Notes under the pieces: generated by a model
Told to the model about the DNA's origin: nothing
Database searches by the model: none
Seen by the model: only the letters and a program-made list of their open reading frames with translations
Made by a program: the position numbers and the translations under genes
Origin: Octopus sinensis
Lineage: Eukaryota
Direction of reading: 5' to 3'
Assembly: GCF_006345805.1 (NCBI RefSeq)
Contig: NW_021828680.1
Span: forward strand, 1 to 7,964
DNA length: 7,964 nucleotides
Shown here: one piece after another, positions 7,204-7,964 of the stretch
How positions within the stretch are numbered: the first letter of the stretch is position 1
Layout of the letters: each line of letters starts with the position of its first letter

Positions 7204-7390
7204 AGAAACATTAGCACACCAGGCGAAATGCTTGAAGGTATTTCGTCTGTTTTTACGTTCTGAGTTCAAATTTCGTCGAGGTCGACTTTGCTTTTCGTTC
7301 TTTCGGGATCAATAAATTAAGTACCAGTTGCGTCCTGGGGTCGATCTAATCGACTGGCCCCCGCCAAGAATTTAAAGTAGAAAAGAACAT
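7204..7390 (+). mobile_element. SINE family B, unit F (partial head + body + shortened tail2-type end), fused to E
   Basis: Starts AGAAACATTAGCACACCAGG (mid A box), has the body, then TCGACTGGCCCCCGCCAAGAATTT rather than tail1. The right boundary is approximate. Confidence 0.85.
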
Positions 7391-7556
7391 ATTCTCATTC
7401 TGGCAGACTTTACACTTGTAATTGTCGTTGTGAAACACCTCTCTTTAGACGAAGTGAGTTCATATCTCAGGCGATTCACCGTTGTTAGGACACGGGGATT
7501 TCAGACACCGAAGTGTTTCAAAAATTTTGTGTACCTCCTCAGGCAAAGCTAAACCT

Positions 7557-7737
7557 CTATACCTATTTCTTGTTTACTCACAAGGGGCTAAACACAGAGG
7601 GGACAAACAAGGACTGACATAGGTATTAAGTCGATTACATCGACCCCAGTGCGTAACTGGTACTTAATTTATCGACCCCGAAAAGATGAAAGGCAAAGTC
7701 GACCTCGGCGGAATTTGAACTCAAAACGTAACGCAGA
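7557..7737 (-). mobile_element. SINE family B, unit G (headless body + tail1), inverted
   Basis: The reverse complement reads TCTGCGTTACGTTTTGAGTTCAAATTCCGCCGAGGTCGAC...TTAGCCCCTTGTGAGTAAACAAGAAATAGGTAT; about 89% identical to unit E by manual count. Confidence 0.93.
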
Positions 7738-7854
7738 TCTAGCAAGATCGCTTTTGTTTGCCGGAAACAGTAAAAAAAAACTATTTCTTGAGGGATATTG
7801 ATATCTGTCAGACGGACGTCTAGTTTCGAGAGGGAGCGTTCTCCTATGACGACC

Positions 7855-7880
7855 AAAAAAAAAAAAATAATAATAATAAT
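7855..7880 (+). repeat. (A)n(TAA)n tract
   Basis: Directly visible; could be a retroposon tail, but no body was recognised upstream. Confidence 0.8.
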
Positions 7881-7964
7881 TGCCATCAACTATTCACATT
7901 TGAATCCACTAGATCGTATAAAGAACGAAGTGATACGTTTCTGCCTGGATTCTGCTAATCAGTG

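Noticed and set aside
5096-7737. SINE heads as tRNA genes, and tandem units as a CRISPR-like array
   Set aside because: A/B boxes are present but there is no cloverleaf, and the sequence continues into a repeated body. Units are about 145-230 bp with no unique spacers and no cas genes, in eukaryotic DNA.

Overview
AT-rich eukaryotic non-coding DNA (intron or intergenic) with no recognisable host gene. The SINE families and extreme microsatellite load point to an octopus (coleoid cephalopod) genome; this rests on recalled repeat sequences, not a database search. Layout: (1) 1-764, the 3' half of a dead Tc1/mariner transposon with DD36E catalytic spacing and its right terminal repeat. (2) 783-1458, a tRNA/CORE-like SINE stretched by internal microsatellites and an insertion. 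(3) About 930-4950, roughly half simple repeats (CA, TA, TG, CTA, GAT/GGT, CAT/CAC) separated by short unique islands. (4) 5096-7737, seven units of a second tRNA-derived SINE family arranged as a monomer, a dimer, a trimer and one inverted unit, plus a Helitron-type 3' terminus at 5896-5924. None of the ORFs in the supplied track looks like a real protein gene: most are translated microsatellites and the rest are antisense or unrecognisable. The most interesting signals are the modular head-(body-tail1)n-body-tail2 SINE architecture (n=0,1,2), an inverted SINE pair able to form about 175 bp of dsRNA, the DD36E spacing, and an octamer pair just upstream of the most intact SINE head. I cannot demonstrate a new biological system from sequence alone.
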